The notes beneath the pieces were generated by a model. The model was not told where the DNA came from. It did not search any database and saw only the letters and a program-made list of their open reading frames with translations. A stretch of 64,000 nt of DNA from Eledone cirrhosa. Lineage: Eukaryota. Within the stretch, counting starts at the first letter, position 1. Each line of letters begins with the position of its first letter. Below, in pieces: positions 1-11,800 of this stretch. The translations under genes were made by a program, and so were the position numbers. The stretch spans positions 18,538,001 to 18,602,000 of the forward strand of contig OZ024744.1 of assembly GCA_964016885.1 (NCBI GenBank), written 5' to 3'.

Positions 1-1864
1 GTGAGTTTCTGTATGTCTGTGTCTCTGTGTATGTCACTGTATCTTTGTGCATGTATGTGTCACTGTGTATGTCACTGTATGTTTCTGTATGTCTGTGTCA
101 CTGTGTATATCACTGTGTGTTTCTGTATATCTGTGTCTCTGTGTATGTCACTGTATCTTTGTGTATGTCTGGGTCACTGTGTATGTCACTGTATATTTGT
201 GTATGTCTGTGACACGGTGTATATCACTGTATGTTTGTGTATGTCTGTGTCACTGTGTATGTCACTGTGTGTTTCTGTATGTCTGTCTCACTGTGTATAT
301 CAATGTGTGTTTCTGTATCTCTGTGTCACGGTGTATGTCACTGCATGTTTGTGTATGTCTGTGTGACTGTGTATGTCACTGTGTGTTTCTGTATGGCTGT
401 GTCACTGTGTATGTCACTGTATCTTTGTGTATGTCTGTGTCACTGTGTATGTCACAGTGTGTTTCTGTATGTCTGTGTCACTGTCTATGTCACTGTATGT
501 TTCTGAATGTCTGTGTCACTGTGTATGTCACTGTGTGTTTCTGTATGTCTGTGTCAGGTGTATGTCACTGTATGTTTGTGTGTGACTGTGTCACTGTGTA
601 TGTCACTGTGTGTTTGTGTATGTCTGTGTCACTGTAAGTTTCTGTATGTCTGTGTCACTGTGTATGTCACTGTGTGTTTCTGGATGTCTGTGTCACTGTG
701 TATGTCATTGTATCTTTGTGTATGTCTGTGTCACTGTGTATGTCACTGTATGTTTCTGTAAGTTTGTGTCACTGTGTATGTCACTGTGTGTTTCTGTATG
801 GCTGTGTCACTGTGTATGTCACAGTGTGTTTCTGTATGTCTGTGTCACTGTCTATGTCACTGTATGTTTCTGAATGTCTGTGTCACTGTGTATGTCACTG
901 TGTGTTTGTGTATGTCTGTGTCACTGTATGTTTCTGTATGTCTGTGTCACTGTGTATGTCATTGTATCTTTGTGTATGTCTGCGTCACTGTGTATGTCAC
1001 TGTATGTTTCTGTAAGTTTGTGTCACTGTGTATGTCACTGTGAGTTTCTGTATGTCTGTGTCTCTGTGTATGTCACTGTATGTTTCTGTATGTCTGTTTC
1101 ACTGTGTATGTCACTGTGTCTTTATGTATGTCTGTGTCACTCTCTATGTCACTGTATATTTCTGTATGTCTGTGTCACTGTGTATATCACTGTATGTTTC
1201 TGTATGTCTGTGTCACTGTGTATGTCACTGTGTGTTTCTGTATGGCTGTGTCACTGTGTATGTCACTGTATCTTTGTGTATGTCTGTGTCACTGTGTATG
1301 TCACAGTGTGTTTCTGTATGTCTGTGTCACTGTCTATGTCACTGTATGTTTCTGAATGTCTGTGTCAGTGTGTATGTCACTGTGTGTTTGTGTATGTCTG
1401 TGTCACTGTATGTTTCTGTATGTCTGTGTCACTGTGTATGTCACTGTGTGTTTCTGTATGTTTGTGTCACTGTGTATGACATTGTATCTTTGTGTATGTC
1501 TGTGTCACTGTGTATGTCACTGTATGTTTCTGTATGTTTGTGTCACTGTGTATGTCACTGTGTGTTTCTGTATGTTTGTGTCTCAGTGTATGTCACTGTA
1601 TGTTTCTGTATGTCTGTTTCACTGTGTATGTCACGGTGTCTTTATGTATGTCTGTGTCACTCTGTATGTCACTGTATATTTCTGTATGTCTGTGTCACTG
1701 TGTATGTCACTGTATGCTTCTGTATGTCTGTGTCACTGTGTATGTCACTGTATCTTTGTGTATGTCTGTGTCCCTGTGTATGTCACTGTATGTTTCTGTA
1801 TGTTTGTGTCACTGTGTATGTCACTGTGTGTTTCTGTATGTCTGTGTCACTGTGTATGTCACTG

Positions 1865-2330
1865 TGTGTTTCTGTATGTTTGTGTCACTGTGTATGTCAC
1901 TAAATGTTTGTGTGTGTCTGTGTCTCTGTGTATGTCACTGTTTGTTTGCGTGTGTCTGTGTCACTGTGTATGTCACTGTGTGTTTCTGTATGTCTGTGTG
2001 ACTGTCTATGTCACTGTGTGTTTCTGTATGTTTGTGTCACTGTGTATGTCACTAAATGTTTGTGTGTGTCTGTGTCTCTGTGTATGTCACTGTTTGTTTG
2101 CGTGTGTCTGTGTCACTGTGTATGTCACTGTATGTTTCTGTATGTCTGTGTCACTTTGTATGTCACTGTGTGTTTCTGTATGTATGTGTCACCGTGTATG
2201 TCACTGTATCTTTGTGTATGCCTGTGTCACTGTGTATGTCACTGTGTGTTTCTGTATGTTTGTGTCACTGTGTATGTCACTAAATGTTTGTGTGTGTCTG
2301 TGTCACTGTGTATGTCACTGTTTGTTTGTG
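1865..2330 (+). repeat. 152-bp (4-monomer) sub-repeat marked by CACTAAATG and TTTGCGTG
   Basis: TAAATG at 1901, 2053 and 2281 (spacing 152, 228). The same triplet recurs in the ORF track at 7470/7622/7850, 10726/10878/11106, and in later cycles. Confidence 0.85.
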
Positions 2331-4328
2331 TATGTCTGTGTCACTGTGTGTGTTTCTGTATGTCTGTGTCACTGTGTATGTCACTGTATGTTTCTGTAAG
2401 TTTGTGTCACTGTGTATGTCACTGTGTGTTTCTGTATGTCTGTGTCTCTGTGTATGTCACTGTATGTTTCTGTATGTCTGTTTCACTTTGTATGTCACTG
2501 TGTCTTTATGTATGTCTGTGTCACTCTGTATGTCACTGTATATTTCTGTATGTCTGTGTCACTGTGTATGTCACTGTATGTTTCTGTATGTTTGTGTCAG
2601 TGTATGTCACTGTATGTTTCTGTATGTCTGTTTCACTGTGTATGTCACTGTGTCTTTATGTATGTCTGTGTCACTCTGTATGTCACTGTATATTTCTGTA
2701 TGTCTGTGTCACTGTGTATGTCACTGTATGTTTCTGTATGTCTGTGTCACTGTGTACGTCACTGTGTGTTTCTGTATGTCTGTGTCACTGTATATGTCAC
2801 TGTATCTTTGTGTATGCCTATGTCACTGTTTATGTCACTGTATGTTTCTGTATGTCTGTTTCACTGTGTATGTCACTATATATTTGTGTATGTCTGTGTC
2901 ACTCTGTATGTCACTGTGTGTTTCTGTATGTCTGTGTCACTATGTATGTCACTGTATGTTTGTGTTATCTGTGTCATTGTGTATGTCACTGGGTGTTTCT
3001 GTATGCCTGTGTCACTGTATGACACTGTGTGTTTCTGTATGTATGTATCACTGTGTATGTCACTGTGTGTTTCTGTATGTCTGTGTCACTATGTAAGTCA
3101 TTGTATCTTTGTGTATGTCTGTGTCACTCTGTATGTCGTTGTGTGTTTCTGTATGTATGTGTCTCTGTGTGTGTCACTGTATATTTGTGTATGTATGTGT
3201 CACTGTGTATGTCACTGTGAGTTTATGTATGTCTGTGTCACTGTGTATGTCACTGTATGTCTATGTATATCTGTGTCACTGTCTATGTCACTGTATCTTT
3301 GTGTATGTCTGTATCACTGTGTATGTCACTGTGTGTTTATGTATGTCTGTGTCTCTGTGTATGTCACTGTATCTTTGCGTATGTCTGCGTCACTGTGTAT
3401 GTCACTGTGTATGTCACTGTGTGTTTCTGTATGTCTGTGTCACTGTGTATGTCACTGTATCTTTGTGTATGTCTATGCCACTGTGTATGTCACTGTATGT
3501 TTCTGTATGTATGTTTCACTGTGTATGTCACTAAATGTTTGTGTGTGTCTGTGTCTCTGTGTATGTCACTGTGTGTTTGCGTGTGTCTGTGCCACTGTGT
3601 ATGTCACTGTGTGTTTCTGTATGTCTTTGTGTCTGTGTGACTGTGTATGTCACTGTTTCTTTGTGTATGTCTGTGTCACTGTGTGTGTTTCTGTATGTCT
3701 GTGTCACTATGTATGTCATTGCATCTTTGTGTATGTCTGTGTCACTCTGTATGTCACTGTGTGTTTCTGTATGTCTGTGTCACTGTGTACGTCACTGTGT
3801 GTTTCTGTATGTCTGTGTCACTGTATATGTCACTGTATCTTTGTGTATGCCTGTGTCACTGTCTATGTCACTGTATGTTTCTGTATGTCTGTTTCACTGT
3901 GTATGTCACTGTATATTTGTTTATGTCTGTGTCACTCTGTATGTCACTGTGTGTTTCTGTATGTCTGTGTCACTATGTATGCCACTGTATGTTTGTGTTG
4001 TCTGTGTCATTGTGTATGTCACTTGGTGTTTCTGTATGTCTGTGTCACTGTGTATGACACTGTGTCTTTCTGTATGTATGTATCACTGTGTATGTCACTG
4101 TGTGTATCTGTATGTCTGTGTCACTGTGTAAGTCATTGTATCTTTGTGTATGTCTGTGGCACTCTGTATGTCGTTGTGTGTTTCTGTATGTATGTGTCTC
4201 TGTGTATGTCACTGTATATTCGTGTATGTATGTGTCACTGTGTATGTCACTGTGAGTTTCTCTATGTCTGTGTCACTGTGTATGTCACTGTATGTCTCTG
4301 TATGTCTGTGTCACTGTCTATGTCACTG

Positions 4329-4356
4329 TATTTTTGTGTATGTCTGTGTCACTGTG
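4329..4356 (-). other. Cryptic 12-RSS-like motif CACAGTG-ACACAGACATAC-ACAAAAATA (second copy at 13151-13178)
   Basis: The + strand reads TATTTTTGT (4329-4337), 12 bp, then CACTGTG (4350-4356). Heptamer 7/7; nonamer 7/9 vs ACAAAAACC. Sequence match only, function unknown. Confidence 0.4.
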
Positions 4357-5859
4357 TATGTCACAGTGTGTTTATGTATTTCTGTGTCTCTGTGTATGCC
4401 ACTGTATCTTTGTGTATGTCTGCGTCACTGTGTATGTCAGTGTGTGTTTCTGTATGTCTGTGTCACTGTGTATGTCACAATGTGTTTCTGTATATATGTG
4501 TCTCTGTGTATGTCACTGTATCTTTGTGTGTGTCTGTGTCACTGTATGTTTCTGTATGTCTGTGTCACTGTGTATGTCACCGTATGTGTGTGTATGTCTG
4601 TGTCACGGTGTATGTCACTGTATCTTTGTGTATGCCTGTGTCACTGTGTATGTCACTGTGTGTTTCTGTATGTCTGTGTCACTGTGTATGTCACTGTATG
4701 TTTGTGTGTCTGTGTCACTGTGTATGTCAATGTCTCTGTGTGTTTCTGTATGTCTGTGTCTCTGTGTATGTCACTGTATCTTTGTGTATGTATGTGTCAC
4801 TGTGTATGTCACTCTGTGTTTCTGTATGTCTGTGTCACTGTGTATGTCACTGTATGTTTGTGTGTCTGTGTCACTGTGTATGTCAATGTCTCTGTGTGTT
4901 TCTGTATGTCTGTGTCTCTGTGTATGTCACTGTATCTTTGTGTATGTTTGGGTCACTGTGTATGTCACTGTATATTTGTGTATGTCTGTGTCACGGTGTA
5001 TATCACTGTATGTTTTTGTATGTCTGTGTCACTGTGTATGTCACTGTATGTTTCTGTATGTCTGTGTCACTGTGTATATCAATGTGTGTTTCTGTATCTC
5101 TGTGTCACGGTGTATGTCACTGCATGTTCGTGTATGTCTGTGTGACTGTGTATGTCACTGTGTGTTTCTGTATGGCTGTGTCACTGTGTATGTCACTGTA
5201 TCTTTGTGTATGTCTGTGTCACTGTGTATGTCACAGTGTGTTTCTGTATGTCTGTGTCACTGTCTATGTCACTGTATGTTTCTGAATGTCTGTGTCACTG
5301 TGTATGTCACTGTGTGTTTCTGTATGTCTGTGTCACGGTGTATGTCACTGTATGTTTGTGTGTGACCGTGTCACTGTGTATGTCACTGTGTGTTTGTGTA
5401 TGTCTGTGCCACTCTATGTTTCTGTATGTCTGTGTCACTGTGTATGTCACTGTGTGTTTCTGTATGTCTGTGTCACTGTGTATGTCATTGTATCTTTGTG
5501 TATGTCTGTGTCACTGTGTATGTCACTGTATGTTTCTGTAAGTTTGTGTCACTGTGTATGTCACTGTGTGTTTCTGTATGTCTGTGTCTCTGTGTATGTC
5601 ACTGTATGTTTATGTATGTCTGTGTCACTGTGTATGTCACTGTATGTTTCTGTATGTCTGTGTCACTGTGTATGTCACTGTATGTTTCTTTATGTCTGTG
5701 TCACTGTGTATGTCACTGTATGTTTCTGTATGTCTGTGTCACTGTGTATGTCACTGTATCTTTGTGTATGTCTGTGTCCCTGTGTATGTCACTGTATGTT
5801 TCTGTATGTTTGTGTCACTGTGTATGTCACTGTGTGTTTCTGTATGTCTGTGTCACTGT

Positions 5860-8800
5860 CTATGTCACTGTATGTTTCTGAATGTCTGTGTCACTGTGTA
5901 TGTCACTGTGTGTTTCTGTATGTCTGTGTCACGGTGTATGTCACTGTATGTTTGTGTGTGACTGTGTCACTGTGTATGTCACTGTGTGTTTGTGTATGTC
6001 TGTGTCACTGTAAGTTTCTGTATGTCTGTGTCACTGTGTATGTCACTGTGTGTTTCTGGATGTCTGTGTCACTGTGTATGTCATTGTATCTTTGTGTATG
6101 TCTGTGTCACTGTGTATGTCACTGTATGTTTCTGTAAGTTTGTGTCACTGTGTATGTCACTGTGTGTTTCTGTATGTCTGTGTCTCTGTGTATGTCACTG
6201 TATGTTTCTGTATATCTGTTTCACTGTGTATGTCACTGTGTCTTTATGTATGTCTGTGTCACTCTGTATGTCACTGTATATTTCTGTATGTCTGTGTCAC
6301 TGTGTATATCACTGTATGTTTCTGTATGTCTGTGTCACTGTGTATGTCACTGTGTGTTTCTGTATGGCTGTGTCACTGTGTATGTCACAGTGTGTTCCTG
6401 TATGTCTGTGTCACTGTCTATGTCACTGTATGTTTCTGAATGTCTGTGTCACTGTGTATGTCACTGTGTGTTTGTGTATGTCTGTGTCACTGTATGTTTC
6501 TGTATGTCTGTGTCACTGTGTATGTCATTGTATCTTTGTGTATGTCTGTGTCACTGTGTATGTCACTGTATGTTTCTGTAAGTTTGTGTCACTGTGTATG
6601 TCACTGTGTGTTTCTGTATGTCTGTGTCTCTGTGTATGTCACTGTATGTTTCTGTATGTCTGTTTCACTGTGTATGTCACTGTGTCTTTATGTATGTCTG
6701 TGTCACTCTCTATGTCACTGTATATTTCTGTATGTCTGTGTCACTGTGTATATCACTGTATGTTTCTGTATGTCTGTGTCACTGTGTATGTCACTGTGTG
6801 TTTCTGTATGGCTGTGTCACTGTGTATGTCACTGTATCTTTGTGTATGTCTGTGTCACTGTGTATGTCACAGTGTGTTTCTGTATGTCTGTGTCACTGTC
6901 TATGTCACTGTATGTTTCTGAATGTCTGTGTCAGTGTGTATGTCACTGTGTGTTTGTGTATGTCTGTGTCACTGTATGTTTCTGTATGTCTGTGTCACTG
7001 TGTATGTCACTGTGTGTTTCTGTATGTCTGTGTCACTGTGTATGACATTGTATCTTTGTGTATGTCTGTGTCACTGTGTATGTCACTGTATGTTTCTGTA
7101 TGTTTGTGTCTCAGTGTATGTCACTGTATGTTTCTGTATGTCTGTTTCACTGTGTATGTCACGGTGTCTTTATGTATGTCTGTGTCACTCTGTATGTCAC
7201 TGTATATTTCTGTATGTCTGTGTCACTGTGTATGTCACTGTATGTTTCTGTATGTCTGTGTCACTGTGTATGTCACTGTATGCTTCTGTATGTCTGTGTC
7301 ACTGTGTATGTCACTGTATCTTTGTGTATGTCTGTGTCCCTGTGTATGTCACTGTATGTTTCTGTATGTTTGTGTCACTGTGTATGTCACTGTGTGTTTC
7401 TGTATGTCTGTGTCACTGTGTATGTCACTGTGTGTTTCTGTATGTTTGTGTCACTGTGTATGTCACTAAATGTTTGTGTGTGTCTGTGTCTCTGTGTATG
7501 TCACTGTTTGTTTGCGTGTGTCTGTGTCACTGTGTATGTCACTGTGTGTTTCTGTATGTCTGTGTGACTGTCTATGTCACTGTGTGTTTCTGTATGTTTG
7601 TGTCACTGTGTATGTCACTAAATGTTTGTGTGTGTCTGTGTCTCTGTGTATGTCACTGTTTGTTTGCGTGTGTCTGTGTCACTGTGTATGTCACTGTATG
7701 TTTCTGTATGTCTGTGTCACTTTGTATGTCACTGTGTGTTTCTGTATGTATGTGTCACCGTGTATGTCACTGTATCTTTGTGTATGCCTGTGTCACTGTG
7801 TATGTCACTGTGTGTTTCTGTATGTTTGTGTCACTGTCTATGTCACTAAATGTTTGTGTGTGTCTGTGTCACTGTGTATGTCACTGTATGTTTCTGTATG
7901 TCTCTTTCACTGTGTATATCACTGTGTGTTTCTGTATGTCTGTGTCACTGTATATGTCACTGTATCTTTGTGTATGCCTGTGTCACTGTCTATGTCACTG
8001 TATGTTTCTGTATGTCTGTTTCACTGTGTATGTCACTGTATATTTGTGTATGTCTGTGTCACTCTGTATATCACTGTGTGTTTCTGTATGTCTGTGTCAC
8101 TATGTATGCCACTGTGTATTTGTGTTGTCTGTGTCATTGTGTATGTCACTGGATGTTTCTGTATGTCTGTGTCACTGTGTATGACACTGTGTCTTTCTGT
8201 ATGTATGTATCACTGTGTATGTCACTGTGTGTATCTGTATGTCGGTGTCACTGTGTAAGTCATTGTATATTTGTGTATGTCTGTGGCACTCTGTATGTCG
8301 TTGTGTGTTTCTGTATGTATGTGTCTCTGTGTATGTCACTGTATATTTGTGTATGTATGTGTCACTGTGTATGTCACTGTGAGTTTCTCTATGTCTGTGT
8401 CACTGTGTATGTCACTGTATGTCTCTGTATGTCTGTGTCACTGTCTATGTCACTGTATCTTTGTGTATGTCTGTGTCACTGTGTATGTCACTGTGTGTTT
8501 CTGTATGTCTGTGTCACTGTGTATGTCACAGTTTGTTTCTGTATATATGTGTCTCTGTGTATGTCACTGTAGTTTTGTGTATGTCTGTGTCACTGTGTGT
8601 TTCTGTATGTATGTGTCACTGTGTATGTCACTGTATGTTTCTGTATGTCTGTGTCACTGTGTATGTCACTGTTTGTTTCTGTATGTATGTGTCACTGTGT
8701 ATGTCACCGTATGTGTGTGTATGTCTGTGTCACGGTGTATGTCACTGTATCTTAGTGTATGCCTGTGTCACTGTGTATGTCACTGTGAGTTTCTGTATGT

Positions 8801-11800
8801 CTGTGTCTCTGTGTATGTCACTGTATCTTTGTGCATGTATGTGTCACTGTGTATGTCACTGTATGTTTCTGTATGTCTGTGTCACTGTGTATATCACTGT
8901 GTGTTTCTGTATATCTGTGTCTCTGTGTATGTCACTGTATCTTTGTGTATGTCTGGGTCACTGTGTATGTCACTGTATATTTGTGTATGTCTGTGACACG
9001 GTGTATATCACTGTATGTTTGTGTATGTCTGTGTCACTGTGTATGTCACTGTGTGTTTCTGTATGTCTGTCTCACTGTGTATATCAATGTGTGTTTCTGT
9101 ATCTCTGTGTCACGGTGTATGTCACTGCATGTTTGTGTATGTCTGTGTGACTGTGTATGTCACTGTGTGTTTCTGTATGGCTGTGTCACTGTGTATGTCA
9201 CTGTATCTTTGTGTATGTCTGTGTCACTGTGTATGTCACAGTGTGTTTCTGTATGTCTGTGTCACTGTCTATGTCACTGTATGTTTCTGAATGTCTGTGT
9301 CACTGTGTATGTCACTGTGTGTTTCTGTATGTCTGTGTCAGGTGTATGTCACTGTATGTTTGTGTGTGACTGTGTCACTGTGTATGTCACTGTGTGTTTG
9401 TGTATGTCTGTGTCACTGTAAGTTTCTGTATGTCTGTGTCACTGTGTATGTCACTGTGTGTTTCTGGATGTCTGTGTCACTGTGTATGTCATTGTATCTT
9501 TGTGTATGTCTGTGTCACTGTGTATGTCACTGTATGTTTCTGTAAGTTTGTGTCACTGTGTATGTCACTGTGTGTTTCTGTATGGCTGTGTCACTGTGTA
9601 TGTCACAGTGTGTTTCTGTATGTCTGTGTCACTGTCTATGTCACTGTATGTTTCTGAATGTCTGTGTCACTGTGTATGTCACTGTGTGTTTGTGTATGTC
9701 TGTGTCACTGTATGTTTCTGTATGTCTGTGTCACTGTGTATGTCATTGTATCTTTGTGTATGTCTGCGTCACTGTGTATGTCACTGTATGTTTCTGTAAG
9801 TTTGTGTCACTGTGTATGTCACTGTGAGTTTCTGTATGTCTGTGTCTCTGTGTATGTCACTGTATGTTTCTGTATGTCTGTTTCACTGTGTATGTCACTG
9901 TGTCTTTATGTATGTCTGTGTCACTCTCTATGTCACTGTATATTTCTGTATGTCTGTGTCACTGTGTATATCACTGTATGTTTCTGTATGTCTGTGTCAC
10001 TGTGTATGTCACTGTGTGTTTCTGTATGGCTGTGTCACTGTGTATGTCACTGTATCTTTGTGTATGTCTGTGTCACTGTGTATGTCACAGTGTGTTTCTG
10101 TATGTCTGTGTCACTGTCTATGTCACTGTATGTTTCTGAATGTCTGTGTCAGTGTGTATGTCACTGTGTGTTTGTGTATGTCTGTGTCACTGTATGTTTC
10201 TGTATGTCTGTGTCACTGTGTATGTCACTGTGTGTTTCTGTATGTCTGTGTCACTGTGTATGACATTGTATCTTTGTGTATGTCTGTGTCACTGTGTATG
10301 TCACTGTATGTTTCGGTATGTTTGTGTCACTGTGTATGTCACTGTGTGTTTCTGTATGTTTGTGTCTCAGTGTATGTCACTGTATGTTTCTGTATGTCTG
10401 TTTCACTGTGTATGTCACGGTGTCTTTATGTATGTCTGTGTCACTCTGTATGTCACTGTATATTTCTGTATGTCTGTGTCACTGTGTATGTCACTGTATG
10501 TTTCTGTATGTCTGTGTCACTGTGTATGTCACTGTATGCTTCTGTATGTCTGTGTCACTGTGTATGTCACTGTATCGTTGTGTATGTCTGTGTCCCTGTG
10601 TATGTCACTGTATGTTTCTGTATGTTTGTGTCACTGTGTATGTCACTGTGTGTTTCTGTATGTCTGTGTCACTGTGTATGTCACTGTGTGTTTCTGTATG
10701 TTTGTGTCACTGTGTATGTCACTAAATGTTTGTGTGTGTCTGTGTCTCTGTGTATGTCACTGTTTGTTTGCGTGTGTCTGTGTCACTGTGTATGTCACTG
10801 TGTGTTTCTGTATGTCTGTGTGACTGTCTATGTCACTGTGTGTTTCTGTATGTTTGTGTCACTGTGTATGTCACTAAATGTTTGTGTGTGTCTGTGTCTC
10901 TGTGTATGTCACTGTTTGTTTGCGTGTGTCTGTGTCACTGTGTATGTCACTGTATGTTTCTGTATGTCTGTGTCACTTTGTATGTCACTGTGTGTTTCTG
11001 TATGTATGTGTCACCGTGTATGTCACTGTATCTTTGTGTATGCCTGTGTCACTGTGTATGTCACTGTGTGTTTCTGTATGTTTGTGTCACTGTGTATGTC
11101 ACTAAATGTTTGTGTGTGTCTGTGTCACTGTGTATGTCACTGTTTGTTTGTGTATGTCTGTGTCACTGTGTGTGTTTCTGTATGTCTGTGTCACTGTGTA
11201 TGTCACTGTATGTTTCTGTAAGTTTGTGTCACTGTGTATGTCACTGTGTGTTTCTGTATGTCTGTGTCTCTGTGTATGTCACTGTATGTTTCTGTATGTC
11301 TGTTTCACTTTGTATGTCACTGTGTCTTTATGTATGTCTGTGTCACTCTGTATGTCACTGTATATTTCTGTATGTCTGTGTCACTGTGTATGTCACTGTA
11401 TGTTTCTGTATGTTTGTGTCAGTGTATGTCACTGTATGTTTCTGTATGTCTGTTTCACTGTGTATGTCACTGTGTCTTTATGTATGTCTGTGTCACTCTG
11501 TATGTCACTGTATATTTCTGTATGTCTGTGTCACTGTGTATGTCACTGTATGTTTCTGTATGTCTGTGTCACTGTGTACGTCACTGTGTGTTTCTGTATG
11601 TCTGTGTCACTGTATATGTCACTGTATCTTTGTGTATGCCTATGTCACTGTTTATGTCACTGTATGTTTCTGTATGTCTGTTTCACTGTGTATGTCACTA
11701 TATATTTGTGTATGTCTGTGTCACTCTGTATGTCACTGTGTGTTTCTGTATGTCTGTGTCACTATGTATGTCACTGTATGTTTGTGTTATCTGTGTCATT

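Larger units (their letters stand above)
1..5859 (+). repeat. Duplication 1, copy A (partial, probably begins upstream of the window)
   Basis: Matches 8785-14681. ORF-track offsets are 8784 (47->8831), then 8822 (1904->10726, 2412->11234, 5554->14376). Shared rare variants: GTCAGGTG at ~553/9337 and TCAATGTCTCTG at ~4727/13549. The copies diverge at 5860 vs 14682. Confidence 0.92.

Noticed and set aside
582-594. GTGAC-TGT-GTCAC mini inverted repeat (recurs in several cycles)
   Set aside because: A 5-bp stem created by a point variant; too weak to call a terminator or structural element.
3531-3719. Minus-strand 62-aa Thr/His-rich ORF (also 12353-12541)
   Set aside because: A chance gap between the regular TGA stops of the minus strand, opened by local variants and duplicated with the block.
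2412-5285. 957-aa Cys/Val/His-rich ORF (also 11234-14107, 44596-47370, 53716-56490 and all other + strand ORFs)
   Set aside because: The consensus has no TAA/TAG/TGA in any + frame. Because 38 is not a multiple of 3, all three frames give the same cycling peptide. ORF ends coincide with sporadic variants and indels ignore frame. The HCxCHC pattern is not evidence of a metallothionein or zinc finger.
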